This document shows, piece by piece, positions 18,602 to 32,605 of a stretch of 64,000 bases of DNA. Positions within the stretch are counted from its first letter, which is position 1. Every line of letters starts with the position of its first letter. Made by a program: the position numbers and the translations under genes. The notes under the pieces are model-generated. The model saw only the letters and a program-made list of their open reading frames with translations, did no database searches and was not told where the DNA came from. This DNA comes from a virus. The stretch lies in the IMG/VR virus record IMGVR_UViG_3300042691_051382; one strand, 5' to 3'.

Positions 18602-19219
18602 TTACTCCGGTAATCCACCCGGTGGAAAGTAAGTCAACACCGGATCGCCGCCGACTATTCGATTTCCAAGCGATGTGTCAACTTGAACCGTTCCTTCAAG
18701 ATCCACTCCGAGTGCTGTTGTGTTGGCTTGTTGTTTTTGTGCGGTTGCACCTACAAATACGGTGCTGTTTTTAAACACCGCAAAATTGCCGCTGGTCAAC
18801 GAACCGGTTCCACCTGCGTATCCTGTGACCGACGATTCGAAAAAACTTCCAATCGAAGCATCCGAAATGTAAAGTCCATACGCCTGACCCGTATAAGAAC
18901 CGTAAACACCACCTTCTATTTGAGATTTATTTAAATTGAATGTAGAAGCGTTTGAGCTTACGATTCCGTATCTTGTGTCAACTATTTTCGCATTTGACAC
19001 ATCAATATGACTTGTTTCAATTTGAAATCCACGAACGCAAGATATAACTTCGAACGAGCTTGCGGTGGATCCCGAAACTCCTTGACCGATAAGTTGGCTG
19101 TTGTTTCTGACTGTAAAACCAGAAACACTGGCATCTTTTACTAAAACCTTGTCGGTAAATCGTACAGTGCTTCTGCCTTCAGCATACACACCCGTTTTAC
19201 AATTGTTAAAATTTGGCAT
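18602..19219 (-). CDS. Putative parallel beta-helix (pectate-lyase-like) fibre tip protein
   Basis: Periodic GVYAEGRS / GFTVRNNS / GFQIETS / GIVSSNAS / GLYISDAS. Confidence 0.5.
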   Translation of the reverse strand: MPNFNNCKTGVYAEGRSTVRFTDKVLVKDASVSGFTVRNNSQLIGQGVSGSTASSFEVISCVRGFQIETSHIDVSNAKIVDTRYGIVSSNASTFNLNKSQIEGGVYGSYTGQAYGLYISDASIGSFFESSVTGYAGGTGSLTSGNFAVFKNSTVFVGATAQKQQANTTALGVDLEGTVQVDTSLGNRIVGGDPVLTYFPPGGLPE

Positions 19220-19228
19220 TTTTAAACC

Positions 19229-21793
<2,565 letters not shown>

Positions 21794-21803
21794 CTTTGTT
21801 TCC

Positions 21804-22931
21804 TTAACCTTCGCCGTTCATAAGTGCTTCTACCGCAAACTTATGATTGGCTTCGATGCGTTGTCTTTGATCTTCTGGGAATTTCTTTTCACCAAGCAAG
21901 CGATCACCAACAAGTTTTGCTTCTTTGTGGTGTCCACTCCAATATGCAGCAATGCAGAATTCATCAAGAATGCTCCACTCGTATATTGGTTGACTCACAA
22001 ACAAAGCTCCTTCTGGCATGCGAAGCTTGAGAGCTTGTTTCGCAAAAATATAAGCTTGATCAAATCGACAGAACATTCTGCAAATGCGAGCAGCAGCCCA
22101 AAGTGATTCGGCACGCCAAGGATTGATTTGATATGCTTGAAAATAAACTTTGATGATATCATCGATTGGATGATTCAAAATTTCTTTGATACGACCTACT
22201 TGAAACAAGCTGTAGAAAACTTCTTCGTTCCATCCACCCAGTTCAGCACGCTTGAGATAAGCGTCATGAGCTTTTTGCCACTGTTGGCTGTCGCGATACG
22301 ATTGAGCAAGATAAAAGTGATAACGATTAAAATCTTTTTCATCGACTGGACCTTTAAGGGCTTCTTCGAAAGTTTCAGCATCGCGACCATATTTATCGGG
22401 AGTCTTGCTGCGTGCTCCGTCTTGAATTGGTCGGTTCAAGATACCTTTTGCAAAATCGCGCGATTCGATAGGATCATGGCAATCAACATATTCATGCAAA
22501 ACGCCTCGATAGTAAAAACGCTTGCGGTTTGCTGTCAGCTGGGGACGGTGATACTTGATACCGCCATAAAAAGCAAACACGTTGTAAAGATCGGTGGTGA
22601 GATTGTCTTTGAAACTTTCTGGATCAAAATTACCATCATATTCCATGATTTCATCTGCATCGATCATGATCGTGTAATCGCCCATTGGTCTAGCAGCTTC
22701 GAGAGCTTCGCTTCGACTTTCGCCGAAACCTTTCCATGTGCTTTGCACAAGCTTTCCTTGAATACCAACATTCTCAAAAAACTTTTCAATTTTTTCTTGA
22801 GTTCCATCGGTGCTGCCGGTATCGACGATGCACCAAGTGTCAATCAAAGGAAGCATCGAAGCCAAACAGCGTTCAATCACATGCGCTTCATTTTTGACAA
22901 TCATCGACAATACCAATTTATTCTTAGCCAT
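21804..22931 (-). CDS. GT2 (GT-A) glycosyltransferase with C-terminal TPR repeats
   Basis: [23 protein letters not shown], DxD motif IDADE, GVLHE, TPR-like FYLAQSY. Confidence 0.9.
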   Translation of the reverse strand: MAKNKLVLSMIVKNEAHVIERCLASMLPLIDTWCIVDTGSTDGTQEKIEKFFENVGIQGKLVQSTWKGFGESRSEALEAARPMGDYTIMIDADEIMEYDGNFDPESFKDNLTTDLYNVFAFYGGIKYHRPQLTANRKRFYYRGVLHEYVDCHDPIESRDFAKGILNRPIQDGARSKTPDKYGRDAETFEEALKGPVDEKDFNRYHFYLAQSYRDSQQWQKAHDAYLKRAELGGWNEEVFYSLFQVGRIKEILNHPIDDIIKVYFQAYQINPWRAESLWAAARICRMFCRFDQAYIFAKQALKLRMPEGALFVSQPIYEWSILDEFCIAAYWSGHHKEAKLVGDRLLGEKKFPEDQRQRIEANHKFAVEALMNGEG

Positions 22932-22947
22932 TATAACCCTTTCATAA

Positions 22948-23193
22948 TTAAGAAGATCTGCTGTTATTTATTAGAATTTTCAACATGTCTTTTATATCGT
23001 TCACGTTGTTTTCTAATTTTTCAATGCGTTCGTTAATATCACCAATTCGAGATATATTTAGTTCCCTTTTTTGAGCCTCTAAAAAAGCTTTCTTTTGTGC
23101 CAAGCTTGTTGCGACGATAGCATTGCTGCTGGTGTCACGAACAAGACCCGGTTCGTTTTCAACTTTCAAATATTTTGGTCCGATTGGGTTCAT
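22948..23193 (-). CDS. Conserved small T4-like protein (coiled coil)
   Basis: KVENEPGLVRD..SNAIV, C-terminal IKDMLKIL. Confidence 0.7.
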   Translation of the reverse strand: MNPIGPKYLKVENEPGLVRDTSSNAIVATSLAQKKAFLEAQKRELNISRIGDINERIEKLENNVNDIKDMLKILINNSRSS

Positions 23194-26100
23194 GTTGCGA
23201 TCACCTTGAAACCTTTGAACGATGGAACAACCGTGTTTGTGTAATCACCATACATTACGACTTTAACTTGGAATTTTCTGAATTCTTCTTGTCCAGTTAC
23301 ACCCGATGTTCTAGAGGTAGCAGTACCACCTCTTGTAAATCTTAAATCAACATAATCATCCTCTCCAACGGACAGATATTGAGATGTAACGCCGTAAGAA
23401 GTTGCATAAGAGGGATGAATTGTTAATTTTTCATATGGTATATCTTCGAATCGAGTGTTGTCGGTTTTAGCTTGAGATTTCAAGTAAACGCCAATATCGC
23501 TTCCGCGTGGCAATCTTGCAGTGAGATATACGTCGATATTGGTGGACTCGAATCCGTCTTGAAGATTTATTTGACGACTGATATAACGCATAGGCGAAAC
23601 TTCGCCACTTGTGATACCAGCGACCGAAGGTAAAGATTCGTATGTTTCTTGTGTAGCTTGGTCGTTAAAGTTCAAAATCAAATTCTGGACATACAAACCG
23701 CTAACACGTTGAAGATCAAGAGCTGGTGTTACAGAATTGTTGTCGGTGAAAAGATTTATTGCGGCTGTTATTGTATCGGTACCTACGTTCTTAATATCTT
23801 TCTTAGACGCAAAAATTAAATTCTCATTTTGAAGAATGCTGATAGGACCTTGAGCGTCGCCTTCAAAATCTACAGTTGCCGATACATTTGTTGATGGTGG
23901 TGCGATGTATGTTGAGTTGAGACGGAACAGATTTGCACCGTTGCTCAATCCTGGAGATCCAGAATCAAAATTCGTTTCGGTGAAATTGAAATAAACTGTA
24001 CCACCGGAAGTATTAAACACACACTTGTGTATTGTAAATTTCAAATCGAGAAGTTGTTCGGCAGTCCATGTGCTCGAGTTTTGCGATTTGAAGAAAGAGC
24101 CACCATACGGCTGAGTAGCGATAATTTCATCGGTTATGGTGTCGTTTTGACCGACTTCGCTAACGAATACTTCATATTCGTTGCTGTTGCTCAAAAGAAC
24201 CATGGAATATTCGCCGGGTTGCAAATAAATCGGACTGTCAAACTGGAAAGTGGTTGAAGAACTACCATCTTCAGAAATATTAACATCCGATGGTAATTTT
24301 ATAACCTCGCTGAACGGAATGATTATTCCCGAGCTTGGATAACCGTTTACTGCGGGTCTCAACTGCAAAGTTATTGGAAGATTCGAAGACTTGGTTTTGA
24401 AGAACACATCAACTTTGCTTATGTACAAACCATTTGGATTTGCAACAGGATCCACAAGGAATGTTTGAGCAACAGGATCCACATACTCTGAGCGTGTGTC
24501 TGTAACTATCGTGTTGTTGAATATTCTGTCTTCGGTTACAGATTCTCTTCTGATAACCAGATTTCTTGTGGAAAGAATAGTATTTTCTTCGGTCTGTACC
24601 AAACCCTGTGCGCGGAAAGAATCTTCGGCAGTGGTTGTACAATTGGAAAGTATATTCGAAGAGTCGTCGATCAATCGCAACAGACGATCGCCGGTTCGGA
24701 AAGTCGCAGAGGGTACACCAAATGTGATTCCTTGAGAATATCCAACTCTTCCGTTAACGTCAGTGATTATTGAACCACCGGTAACACCATCAACGCGTAC
24801 GTACTGTGATATATCTTGATTATCGAAGAACGGGTATACTCTAACATTCGGGCGCATACCGTCAGCTTTTACGTTGATGTCGATGCTGCGCATAAATGGT
24901 ACAATACTCACATCTACGATTCGACTGCCGATATTTCGTGTGGTGGTTTCTGGTACCAATCGCGTACGAATACCGGTTCTCGATTGAGCAGATTCTTGTG
25001 TTGCTTCCAAACCATAGTCTACACGTTGAACCTTTTTGTTTTTTGTGCCGGGTTTAATAACGCTATGTGGTGGTGTTCTGCCAATTTCACGCCAAACACC
25101 GGTTGCAACTGGCGTTCCGGTCCAAGTGGTTTCCCAGTTGTTCCACACAGTTCCAAAGTCAACTTCCGCTAAATCTCCAACGCCATCGTTCTGACCGTTA
25201 ACGTTCACAACAACGTCCGGAAGTGTTTGCGTATCGATCCAGTCGTCCGACTGAGGAATCATCGTCAAACGTCCATTGAAGTTTGTCACATCAAATGGAT
25301 TGACGTTGATAGATTTTGAAGCAAATCGTTGCTGTATGAAAACATCGGTTGTGTAGTTGCAAGTAAGCAAACCGTTTGTGTTGAATGTCAATCCCGAAGG
25401 AATGCTGCCGCTCAATCCAAAATCCACATACTTTGTGGTGAAGCGTGGTCTGGCTTCCAAGCGAACAGGATCAATTGCACAAAGATGATCTCGATTCAAA
25501 TAATCTGAATTGGTTCTTGAATCAAAATTATCTACAAATATACCGTTTTTAAATTTATTGAGACCGTTTTGATCTTGAATTTCTAAAGTTTTGGCTTCTT
25601 TTTCAGCCAAGCTTAAGGTAGTATAATATTCCAAACGATCGATTCTCTTTTCGAGAGAACCAATATCGCGCATTGTGTATCTGCGATTCTTGACGATAAA
25701 TTTGGTTGTGTCTAAGTTAGATTTAGTGTACGGAAGGAACGTTATAGATGCCAAAGTCATAGCATCCGATATGTCTTGTGGTTCTGGTGCTTGATCGTTA
25801 GCAGATATTCCTTGCACAATTCTGAATTCTTTATCGCGTGTAAGTACAATCTTGTCGGTTCTTGGTTGATAGTAACTCCAAGCGATATCAAAAGAATTGC
25901 CAATTAGGTTGCAACCACCTGTCGCACCATAATCTTGAGGATACGATGTGATACCAAAAGAAGATGGTGTTATGCGATCGGGGCGTGCATCCAAACACCC
26001 ACCAAGAGAAATGACTTTTCTTGAACCGGTTTCTTCAACATAAATTGGTATTTCTTTGTATGCTGCACCGGTTCCGCTGACCATTGTTGATGGATCACCG

Positions 26101-28226
26101 TACGAATTGAGCAAATAAGGAGCAGATGATGCTGGGTGGTTGTAGCGTTTGAAAGTTACGCTAACACCAGTGACACCAGCAGAGAAATAATTTTTCTTCA
26201 AAACTATTCTCGACCAATCGTAGATACTATCGCGTTGACCGGTATCAAGAGTAAAGTAATCGGTCATCGAGAAAGAGCTACCACCAGTGTTTCCGGTGAT
26301 GGATACCACTTCGTACGCATCAACTTTACCATTTAAATACGCATATTTTTCGTATGAATTGGCGACCATCGAAACGTTTATACTTTCAGTCACAGAAGTT
26401 TTGGTTCTGAAGAATGGATTGTTGGTGCTGCTTTCGGAAATATCCATGTTGACGAAAACAACAGCTGTTCCACCCGAACCCGCAGTTATGCTGAAACTTT
26501 GTGCGCCAAAAGCACCGCTCAAATACAAACTTACAGGATTGCCGGTCAAACTGAATGCCTTTACGTCGTTGAACGAAGTAAAGTCCATCCAACTTCCGCT
26601 TGAAAACTCGGTACCAGCATCAAAATCAGTTACACTTACTGTTGTCGGTGAAGATGTGCTCAAATTAAACTGTGCAGATCTTTGAATATTGATACCATGA
26701 GAAATGATTTGTCGAACAGCATAACTGGAAATATCGTTTGATAATGGAAACACCAAACTGGAATAGCTAGCGTCGGTCACATTAAGATTACCGCCAGAGA
26801 AATTAAACACATGTTGATCGCTAGCTGTATATCCAGGAAGGAACATTCTTTGTGCTGCAGATGCGGTATATCCCGAATCCATCGAAATATCATAAAGGTG
26901 CAACTTGGTTCCAGAGTATTCAACAGCATCAAATTTACCCAAACGAGCCGTGCCTACGCGAGAAAAAGAACCAGTTGCTCCAGAACTTAAATAAAACAAC
27001 GGAGAACCATTAAAATCAATCAAATTAAATATGTTAGCAGTTAAACTCGAGTTGGTAGTAACGTTTACGGTATTTCCAATAACAAACGGAACTTGTTGTT
27101 CGGAATCTAATGTTTTTATGTTTCTAGCTTTGTCGGCAGTCAAAGATTTAGTGGCTTGATTTATAAATTCATAACCAAAAATGTATGCTTTACCTTTACC
27201 GATGTTGATTTTTAATTGGCTTTCATAAGCATCTGCAGTTATCTCGGAAATTGATATCTGAAAATCTTCTACGGTATAGTTACCGGATTCGTCGTATGTT
27301 CTTCGAGCCAATGTATCGGCTAAAACATTATATTCCGGATAATTTGTTTTGTAGGTAACTTCATCGTTTTCAATTTTCAGCAATTGATAATCGGCTGTTG
27401 ATGAAAGTGGTGCGTGGTTCAAATCCAAGTCCAAACGATAACGGTCCGCGCCTGGTGCAGCATAGTTGTAAGAACCAAAAGCAGGATCGTTCAATGATGT
27501 ATCGTCTGTTGCCGTTACAATAGTATTTGTAACATCAAATTTTACAACCGAATTAAGATTATTAAATTTTCTATACGAGTTGGCGGTTGAAGTGCCAGTT
27601 ATTGTGTAAGGAGTGGTTTTTTGCTTGTCGTGATTTACAAAATAACCTTTTATATATCTAATACCAGCATCAATACCAACAAGTTTTGCATCACCGAATG
27701 CTGGTAAAGAATTTGGTGCACCACTGTATAAGTTATAAGTTGAAGTACCACCTGTAATTGTTGCGGTGATAGTTGTGCCTTCATAAACCGCACTGATTGT
27801 GTCACCAAGATCAAAACCTGTAGCACCAAAAAGATATTCGCTGAAAAATAATAAAGATGAAGTGTCTTTATTTGATCCACTCAATCCAGCAAGTGTATCA
27901 ATAATTCTGATTGTGTTTTTACCGGAAACGGTGGCGGTCAATCCATCAAAATCTGAAACAGAAACTCCGGCATATCCAGTTAAAGAATCGATACGAACAA
28001 ACTGAGCGTCATTTACAACAACTTGACTTTCGCTGACGATACTGCCGTCTTTAAATATGTGATCGCCAAATCTTTTTATTTGATTTTGAAGGATTGTTTG
28101 TGATTGTGTGAGTTCTCTAGCTTGAACAGCGTAACCAGGCTTGTACAAAACTCTCAAAAACTTCTTGTTGTCGTCGTAATCGTCATAATAAGGATCAACA
28201 TTGAATACTTCTGGATCGTAAGCCAT
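23190..28226 (-). CDS. Large virion structural protein, VrlC/DUF4815-like
   Basis: PYYDDY..K.F.RVLYKPGYAVQARELTQSQTILQNQI, APGADRY, LARRTYDESGNY, YTMRDIG, DPVAQTF. Confidence 0.88.
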   Translation of the reverse strand: MAYDPEVFNVDPYYDDYDDNKKFLRVLYKPGYAVQARELTQSQTILQNQIKRFGDHIFKDGSIVSESQVVVNDAQFVRIDSLTGYAGVSVSDFDGLTATVSGKNTIRIIDTLAGLSGSNKDTSSLLFFSEYLFGATGFDLGDTISAVYEGTTITATITGGTSTYNLYSGAPNSLPAFGDAKLVGIDAGIRYIKGYFVNHDKQKTTPYTITGTSTANSYRKFNNLNSVVKFDVTNTIVTATDDTSLNDPAFGSYNYAAPGADRYRLDLDLNHAPLSSTADYQLLKIENDEVTYKTNYPEYNVLADTLARRTYDESGNYTVEDFQISISEITADAYESQLKINIGKGKAYIFGYEFINQATKSLTADKARNIKTLDSEQQVPFVIGNTVNVTTNSSLTANIFNLIDFNGSPLFYLSSGATGSFSRVGTARLGKFDAVEYSGTKLHLYDISMDSGYTASAAQRMFLPGYTASDQHVFNFSGGNLNVTDASYSSLVFPLSNDISSYAVRQIISHGINIQRSAQFNLSTSSPTTVSVTDFDAGTEFSSGSWMDFTSFNDVKAFSLTGNPVSLYLSGAFGAQSFSITAGSGGTAVVFVNMDISESSTNNPFFRTKTSVTESINVSMVANSYEKYAYLNGKVDAYEVVSITGNTGGSSFSMTDYFTLDTGQRDSIYDWSRIVLKKNYFSAGVTGVSVTFKRYNHPASSAPYLLNSYGDPSTMVSGTGAAYKEIPIYVEETGSRKVISLGGCLDARPDRITPSSFGITSYPQDYGATGGCNLIGNSFDIAWSYYQPRTDKIVLTRDKEFRIVQGISANDQAPEPQDISDAMTLASITFLPYTKSNLDTTKFIVKNRRYTMRDIGSLEKRIDRLEYYTTLSLAEKEAKTLEIQDQNGLNKFKNGIFVDNFDSRTNSDYLNRDHLCAIDPVRLEARPRFTTKYVDFGLSGSIPSGLTFNTNGLLTCNYTTDVFIQQRFASKSINVNPFDVTNFNGRLTMIPQSDDWIDTQTLPDVVVNVNGQNDGVGDLAEVDFGTVWNNWETTWTGTPVATGVWREIGRTPPHSVIKPGTKNKKVQRVDYGLEATQESAQSRTGIRTRLVPETTTRNIGSRIVDVSIVPFMRSIDINVKADGMRPNVRVYPFFDNQDISQYVRVDGVTGGSIITDVNGRVGYSQGITFGVPSATFRTGDRLLRLIDDSSNILSNCTTTAEDSFRAQGLVQTEENTILSTRNLVIRRESVTEDRIFNNTIVTDTRSEYVDPVAQTFLVDPVANPNGLYISKVDVFFKTKSSNLPITLQLRPAVNGYPSSGIIIPFSEVIKLPSDVNISEDGSSSTTFQFDSPIYLQPGEYSMVLLSNSNEYEVFVSEVGQNDTITDEIIATQPYGGSFFKSQNSSTWTAEQLLDLKFTIHKCVFNTSGGTVYFNFTETNFDSGSPGLSNGANLFRLNSTYIAPPSTNVSATVDFEGDAQGPISILQNENLIFASKKDIKNVGTDTITAAINLFTDNNSVTPALDLQRVSGLYVQNLILNFNDQATQETYESLPSVAGITSGEVSPMRYISRQINLQDGFESTNIDVYLTARLPRGSDIGVYLKSQAKTDNTRFEDIPYEKLTIHPSYATSYGVTSQYLSVGEDDYVDLRFTRGGTATSRTSGVTGQEEFRKFQVKVVMYGDYTNTVVPSFKGFKVIAT

Positions 28227-28237
28227 CTATTTCTCCC

Positions 28238-30586
28238 TTAAAACTCAACAATCAGTTTGATTTCTTCTTTTTGTTCCAATGCTCGTTCAACAGGACGAAT
28301 ATTTTGAAGGTGAAGCACGGTTCCCGAACGATATTTCAGCTCTGGTTCCGAAATTATCGATGATATAACCGCGCCGGTTGTTCCGCTATTATTATATATT
28401 AAGTTTTGTGAAACAGCAAAAGATCCACTAATCGGAAGTAATCTTAAATTACCCGTAGTTGCGCCTGTGGCTGGAGTCCAATCCATAACGTAACCAGATG
28501 CGCTTGTGTTGGTAACGATCGAATCGCGAGTGAACGATTCGTCGTCAAATGAAACGGTTCCATCATAATACACTTCGAGACGCACGGTTTGATCGTAAAC
28601 CGTTTGCGAAGTTTCTTCGTATTCATCGATTTCGATTATCTTACCGATTGGTCCAGTTATCCCACCATAGTCGTTTCGCATCTGATAGATGTTTTCCGAC
28701 ATGTTGAAATTGCCATTAGGATATTCCAAATAAAGATTTCCAACTGCGTTTGTTCCGGTTTCGGGTTGCCATTTGTATATTTTTCCGTTAGACACAGAAG
28801 CTGTAATTTTATCACCTGTGTTTCCGTTACCAAAAGCAATATAATTCAATGTGAAATCGAGACCCGACGCATCAAAAGTGGATGTTTGTGATGGTGTTAA
28901 CTTGAGACGCTTGAGCAATCTGTATTCGGTTCCGGCGATTGTTTTTTCGTGAACTGAAACTATTTCTTGAGCGGTGATACCATTTACAAAACCACCAATC
29001 TCGAAATCGCCACCCGTTATGTTTCCGAGTGTGAGTTCGGAAGTTCCGGTGGTTCCCAATTTTCCAGATTTCCATGCTAGAATTTTTGCACTCGCTGCAT
29101 CGTAGCCAGTGACTCCGTATGCACCCGTGAGCGATTGCGTGGCGGTTGCACCGACTGTAAAACTGCTTGTTAAACCAGCACCCAACAAATTCACTCGAAT
29201 TTGTTTTTTACGCAAAAGTGGATTTTTCAAAAGAGCAAATTGACGATAATCGTTTTCGGTTGTAATTTTGCAACTTTCACCTTGCTCGAAATCTGTTACA
29301 ACCATCAAAGATGAAGCTCCAAGTTCACGAACCGGATTCGATCCGTGACCACCAATCGGAGACATTATGGCGGTTGCAAGCAAATTCATATCTGCGCTGA
29401 TTCCCGAAGCGAAAGTCAACCCTGCTATCACATTTACCGACGCATATGTGTAGTTCTTACCGTTGTTGATCAATTCGAAACGATCGAGATAACGCTGTCC
29501 CGTGGTACCTTCACACGAACACGAACCGGTTGAACTTGTGGCGGATATGGCCAAAAAAGAAACGCTAATCTCTGCCGCAGTTGCAGATGTGTGCAAACTG
29601 TTGGCATCGGCGATTCCATCGCCCGAAACAACAACTGTTGGTAATATCGAATAATATGTTGGATCTGCTCCACCGCTCACACCAAAATCTAATGGTGTTG
29701 CGAGCACAACTGTGGCGGTGCTGTTTGCGTTATTTACGAAATCTACAATTTTTCTCTGCTGACCCGAACCGCTTCCGCTTTCAAAGCGAATGCTCATGTT
29801 ATTGTAATAATCATTCTGATACACCAACTTTGATCCGCCGATTATAACAGCGGTGGCACCAGCAGCGGTGGTTCCTGCAACTTGATTTGCGGTGTCGAAA
29901 AACAACACACGATCCGAAATAACAACATCACGCAACGATTCGTTCAAATTTATAAAATCGATAGAGCCATCCACCGCATCGTTTTGAACATCGTATTGTA
30001 GTTGGCGGTCATCGTTTTCGTTTACACTTGTTACAAACTCAACCGGCATATAGCCGATACTCACGCCTTGTGTTTTTGTTAAAAACTTTCTTTTGGATTC
30101 GGATATCGAATAAAGATATTTCCATCGGTATCCATCCGAAAGCGTACGTATTTGAGAATCTGTATGTGTAGGTGCTACAGTAGAAGCAGCTCCGTAATTG
30201 TTATCGATACACTTGTAAACGCGTTCCTCGTCCACCAAAACATAAAATTTAGATGGAGTGACATCGTCGTACAAATCGATAGAGTCACGATAAGGATCAA
30301 AAACAATGTTTGGTTCCCAATCGTAACGTTTTATAACTATCGATACGTCGGATTTTTGTATCTTTTTGAACGCCATTGCTGTGCGCCAAAAGTCTGTATC
30401 GGATTTTACGCAGTCGATATTTTTGGGTGGAGCATTGTCTTGATTTGCACCAGATGCGCTGATCCATTCGGTTGGTTTACCGATACCAAGGAAAACGGTA
30501 TCGCCCGACAACACATCAAAATTTTGATAAAAATCTTGTATAAGATACTGTCGAAAATCTTGTCTAAATGGATCACATACGGGCAT
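28238..30586 (-). CDS. gp8: Baseplate wedge protein gp8-like
   Basis: VYKCIDNN, DGYRWKYLY, GGHGSNPVRELG, QKEEIKLIVEF. Confidence 0.85.
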   Translation of the reverse strand: MPVCDPFRQDFRQYLIQDFYQNFDVLSGDTVFLGIGKPTEWISASGANQDNAPPKNIDCVKSDTDFWRTAMAFKKIQKSDVSIVIKRYDWEPNIVFDPYRDSIDLYDDVTPSKFYVLVDEERVYKCIDNNYGAASTVAPTHTDSQIRTLSDGYRWKYLYSISESKRKFLTKTQGVSIGYMPVEFVTSVNENDDRQLQYDVQNDAVDGSIDFINLNESLRDVVISDRVLFFDTANQVAGTTAAGATAVIIGGSKLVYQNDYYNNMSIRFESGSGSGQQRKIVDFVNNANSTATVVLATPLDFGVSGGADPTYYSILPTVVVSGDGIADANSLHTSATAAEISVSFLAISATSSTGSCSCEGTTGQRYLDRFELINNGKNYTYASVNVIAGLTFASGISADMNLLATAIMSPIGGHGSNPVRELGASSLMVVTDFEQGESCKITTENDYRQFALLKNPLLRKKQIRVNLLGAGLTSSFTVGATATQSLTGAYGVTGYDAASAKILAWKSGKLGTTGTSELTLGNITGGDFEIGGFVNGITAQEIVSVHEKTIAGTEYRLLKRLKLTPSQTSTFDASGLDFTLNYIAFGNGNTGDKITASVSNGKIYKWQPETGTNAVGNLYLEYPNGNFNMSENIYQMRNDYGGITGPIGKIIEIDEYEETSQTVYDQTVRLEVYYDGTVSFDDESFTRDSIVTNTSASGYVMDWTPATGATTGNLRLLPISGSFAVSQNLIYNNSGTTGAVISSIISEPELKYRSGTVLHLQNIRPVERALEQKEEIKLIVEF

Positions 30587-30604
30587 ACGTTTCTCTCTTT
30601 AATA

Positions 30605-30612
30605 TATTTATG
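30605..30612 (-). promoter_or_regulatory. Late promoter variant CATAAATA (gp8)
   Basis: 7/8 match upstream of ATG 30586. Confidence 0.55.
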
Positions 30613-32602
30613 GGTCGAATGATACATCTATCAAATCTGATTGGGTTGTTCCAGTGGCTGATCCGAAACCGCCACCGGTTAAACCGCCACCAAAAATATC
30701 TGGTATGATTTCGCTTGAATCGATTTGGAATGTTCCGGTGAATCCAGCCGGGAATCCGGTTGCTCCTGTTGCTCCTGTGGAACCAGTTGGAGCGGTGACA
30801 CCAGTCAAACCACCTGTTGTGCTTGTTGTTATGTAACAAATCGTGGCTTGCAGCAAATTGTTGGGGCTTGCATCGTGTGTGATTTGATTTGCCCATTCGA
30901 GAGCACAACGGAATTCTTCACCAACTGGCATATTAAAAAAGCTGTTTAAAGTTATTTTTCTAAACTCTGTGTTGCTGGAATATCTCAAAATTGCATATTT
31001 AAAATCACCAGTAAAACTGCTAGCCCAACCGTATCGCAACGAATCGGATGTCAAGTTCCATTCGGGCCACGATTGCGAGCCAGTTGTACCCAGCAAAAAG
31101 TCGTTTTTACCGGCTCCGACGCTAGCGGTTCCGTAAATACCTTTAAGATCGTATTCGATGCGAGCCAACACCGGCTCGTTGATGCGTCGATTTGGATGTT
31201 GGTATATAACCCACCAGGGGTCCGATGCAGGAAATCCTAAATTTGCCAATGGCGACAAAGGAATCTCAAAATTTATGCCTTCCGACACAGGATTCGGTTG
31301 AGTGGTTAGTATCGGATCGTGAATATTGGGGTCGTAACCGTATGCTGTTGCGCCAAACCAACTTCGTAAATCATCAAAAGTTTCGTTTGTGTACGGTAAA
31401 TAGTGTCCAATCAACGGAACTTCGTATTTGATAAGCGCACTTTCTGCATCCAAATTGGATTGAGCGCATCTTTTTATCAAAACTTGACCAAAAAATCCAA
31501 GACCCGCTGGGTGAATAAGACGTTTGAGTGCATCTCGATATTTGTTTACCACAAGTTCTGTTTTGAGAACATACGAATAATTTTGGTAGTAGTGATTGTC
31601 TTGTAAAACTTTGTTTGTGCTGAGACGACCGTCGTTGTTGGCATAATATCCAGCGAAATTACAAACAGCACCAATTGAACATGTTCCGCTGAATCCTGTT
31701 CCTTTTTCGGAACGCACGGTTATTGAAGGTGCGGTGTTGTAATTTATACCAAAATCTTCTATTTCAATTTTTAATATCTTGCCAGAGTTGTTTACTTGTG
31801 TGACTTTTGCTCGTGCGCCTTGACCGATATCACCCGCTGCATTTGTGAACACCACTCGATCGCCGACACGATATCCAGAACCACCCGAAGATATTGTTAT
31901 GGTTGCAGCAACCGAATATATTTTTGGTTCGATTACTTTTTCGGTTGCAGTTTCTATTTCAAGCGGTCGAGTAGCAACAAACGATCCATTTATGTTTCCG
32001 ATTGTTAATTCGTAAACCAAAAATGGACCCAATTGAAATTTAGAAACTTCAACGACTGTTGCGGCTGCAACAGTTGTACCGCTAGCATTTTTTTGATATA
32101 TTCTTCTGCCAGCCGATTCAAACAGTTTGTTTCCCTGCGCACCAGCAACACGCAAAGTTTTTCTTTGTATCCATTTACCATCCGATGCTTTGAGTATATC
32201 AACTTTTGGATAGTAAAATTCTACGTTTGTGTCGTACAATATTCTGAATAAAAATTCAAAAGTTTTTTCTGTGCCTTTTGCTTTGTAAAACTGTTTGATG
32301 TATTTTACAAGAGTTTTTACTTCGACCGGCAAACCGGTTTCTTTGTTTATCGCCAAACCTTCAGGAAAATCTAGAAGAAATTGTTTCTTGAAATATTCAA
32401 CATATTCATCGAAAGTTGTGTCGATGTCTTTTACTTTCGCCAAATCCATGCTGTTGCGAATGTATGCACCTTGAGTTTCCAACCACTCATAATACGCATT
32501 CAAAAATGCAACAAATGTGGGATGATCGATGCGTACGAATTCTGGTACTTGCGCATTAACAAGCGGAGATATTTTATCTAAACTTTTAAATTCGCTGCGC
32601 AT
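30608..32602 (-). CDS. gp7: Baseplate wedge protein gp7-like
   Basis: FLNAYYEWLE, FYKAKGTE, LKASDGKW, LQDNHYYQNYSY, IHPAG. Confidence 0.8.
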   Translation of the reverse strand: MRSEFKSLDKISPLVNAQVPEFVRIDHPTFVAFLNAYYEWLETQGAYIRNSMDLAKVKDIDTTFDEYVEYFKKQFLLDFPEGLAINKETGLPVEVKTLVKYIKQFYKAKGTEKTFEFLFRILYDTNVEFYYPKVDILKASDGKWIQRKTLRVAGAQGNKLFESAGRRIYQKNASGTTVAAATVVEVSKFQLGPFLVYELTIGNINGSFVATRPLEIETATEKVIEPKIYSVAATITISSGGSGYRVGDRVVFTNAAGDIGQGARAKVTQVNNSGKILKIEIEDFGINYNTAPSITVRSEKGTGFSGTCSIGAVCNFAGYYANNDGRLSTNKVLQDNHYYQNYSYVLKTELVVNKYRDALKRLIHPAGLGFFGQVLIKRCAQSNLDAESALIKYEVPLIGHYLPYTNETFDDLRSWFGATAYGYDPNIHDPILTTQPNPVSEGINFEIPLSPLANLGFPASDPWWVIYQHPNRRINEPVLARIEYDLKGIYGTASVGAGKNDFLLGTTGSQSWPEWNLTSDSLRYGWASSFTGDFKYAILRYSSNTEFRKITLNSFFNMPVGEEFRCALEWANQITHDASPNNLLQATICYITTSTTGGLTGVTAPTGSTGATGATGFPAGFTGTFQIDSSEIIPDIFGGGLTGGGFGSATGTTQSDLIDVSFDP

Positions 32603-32605
32603 TTA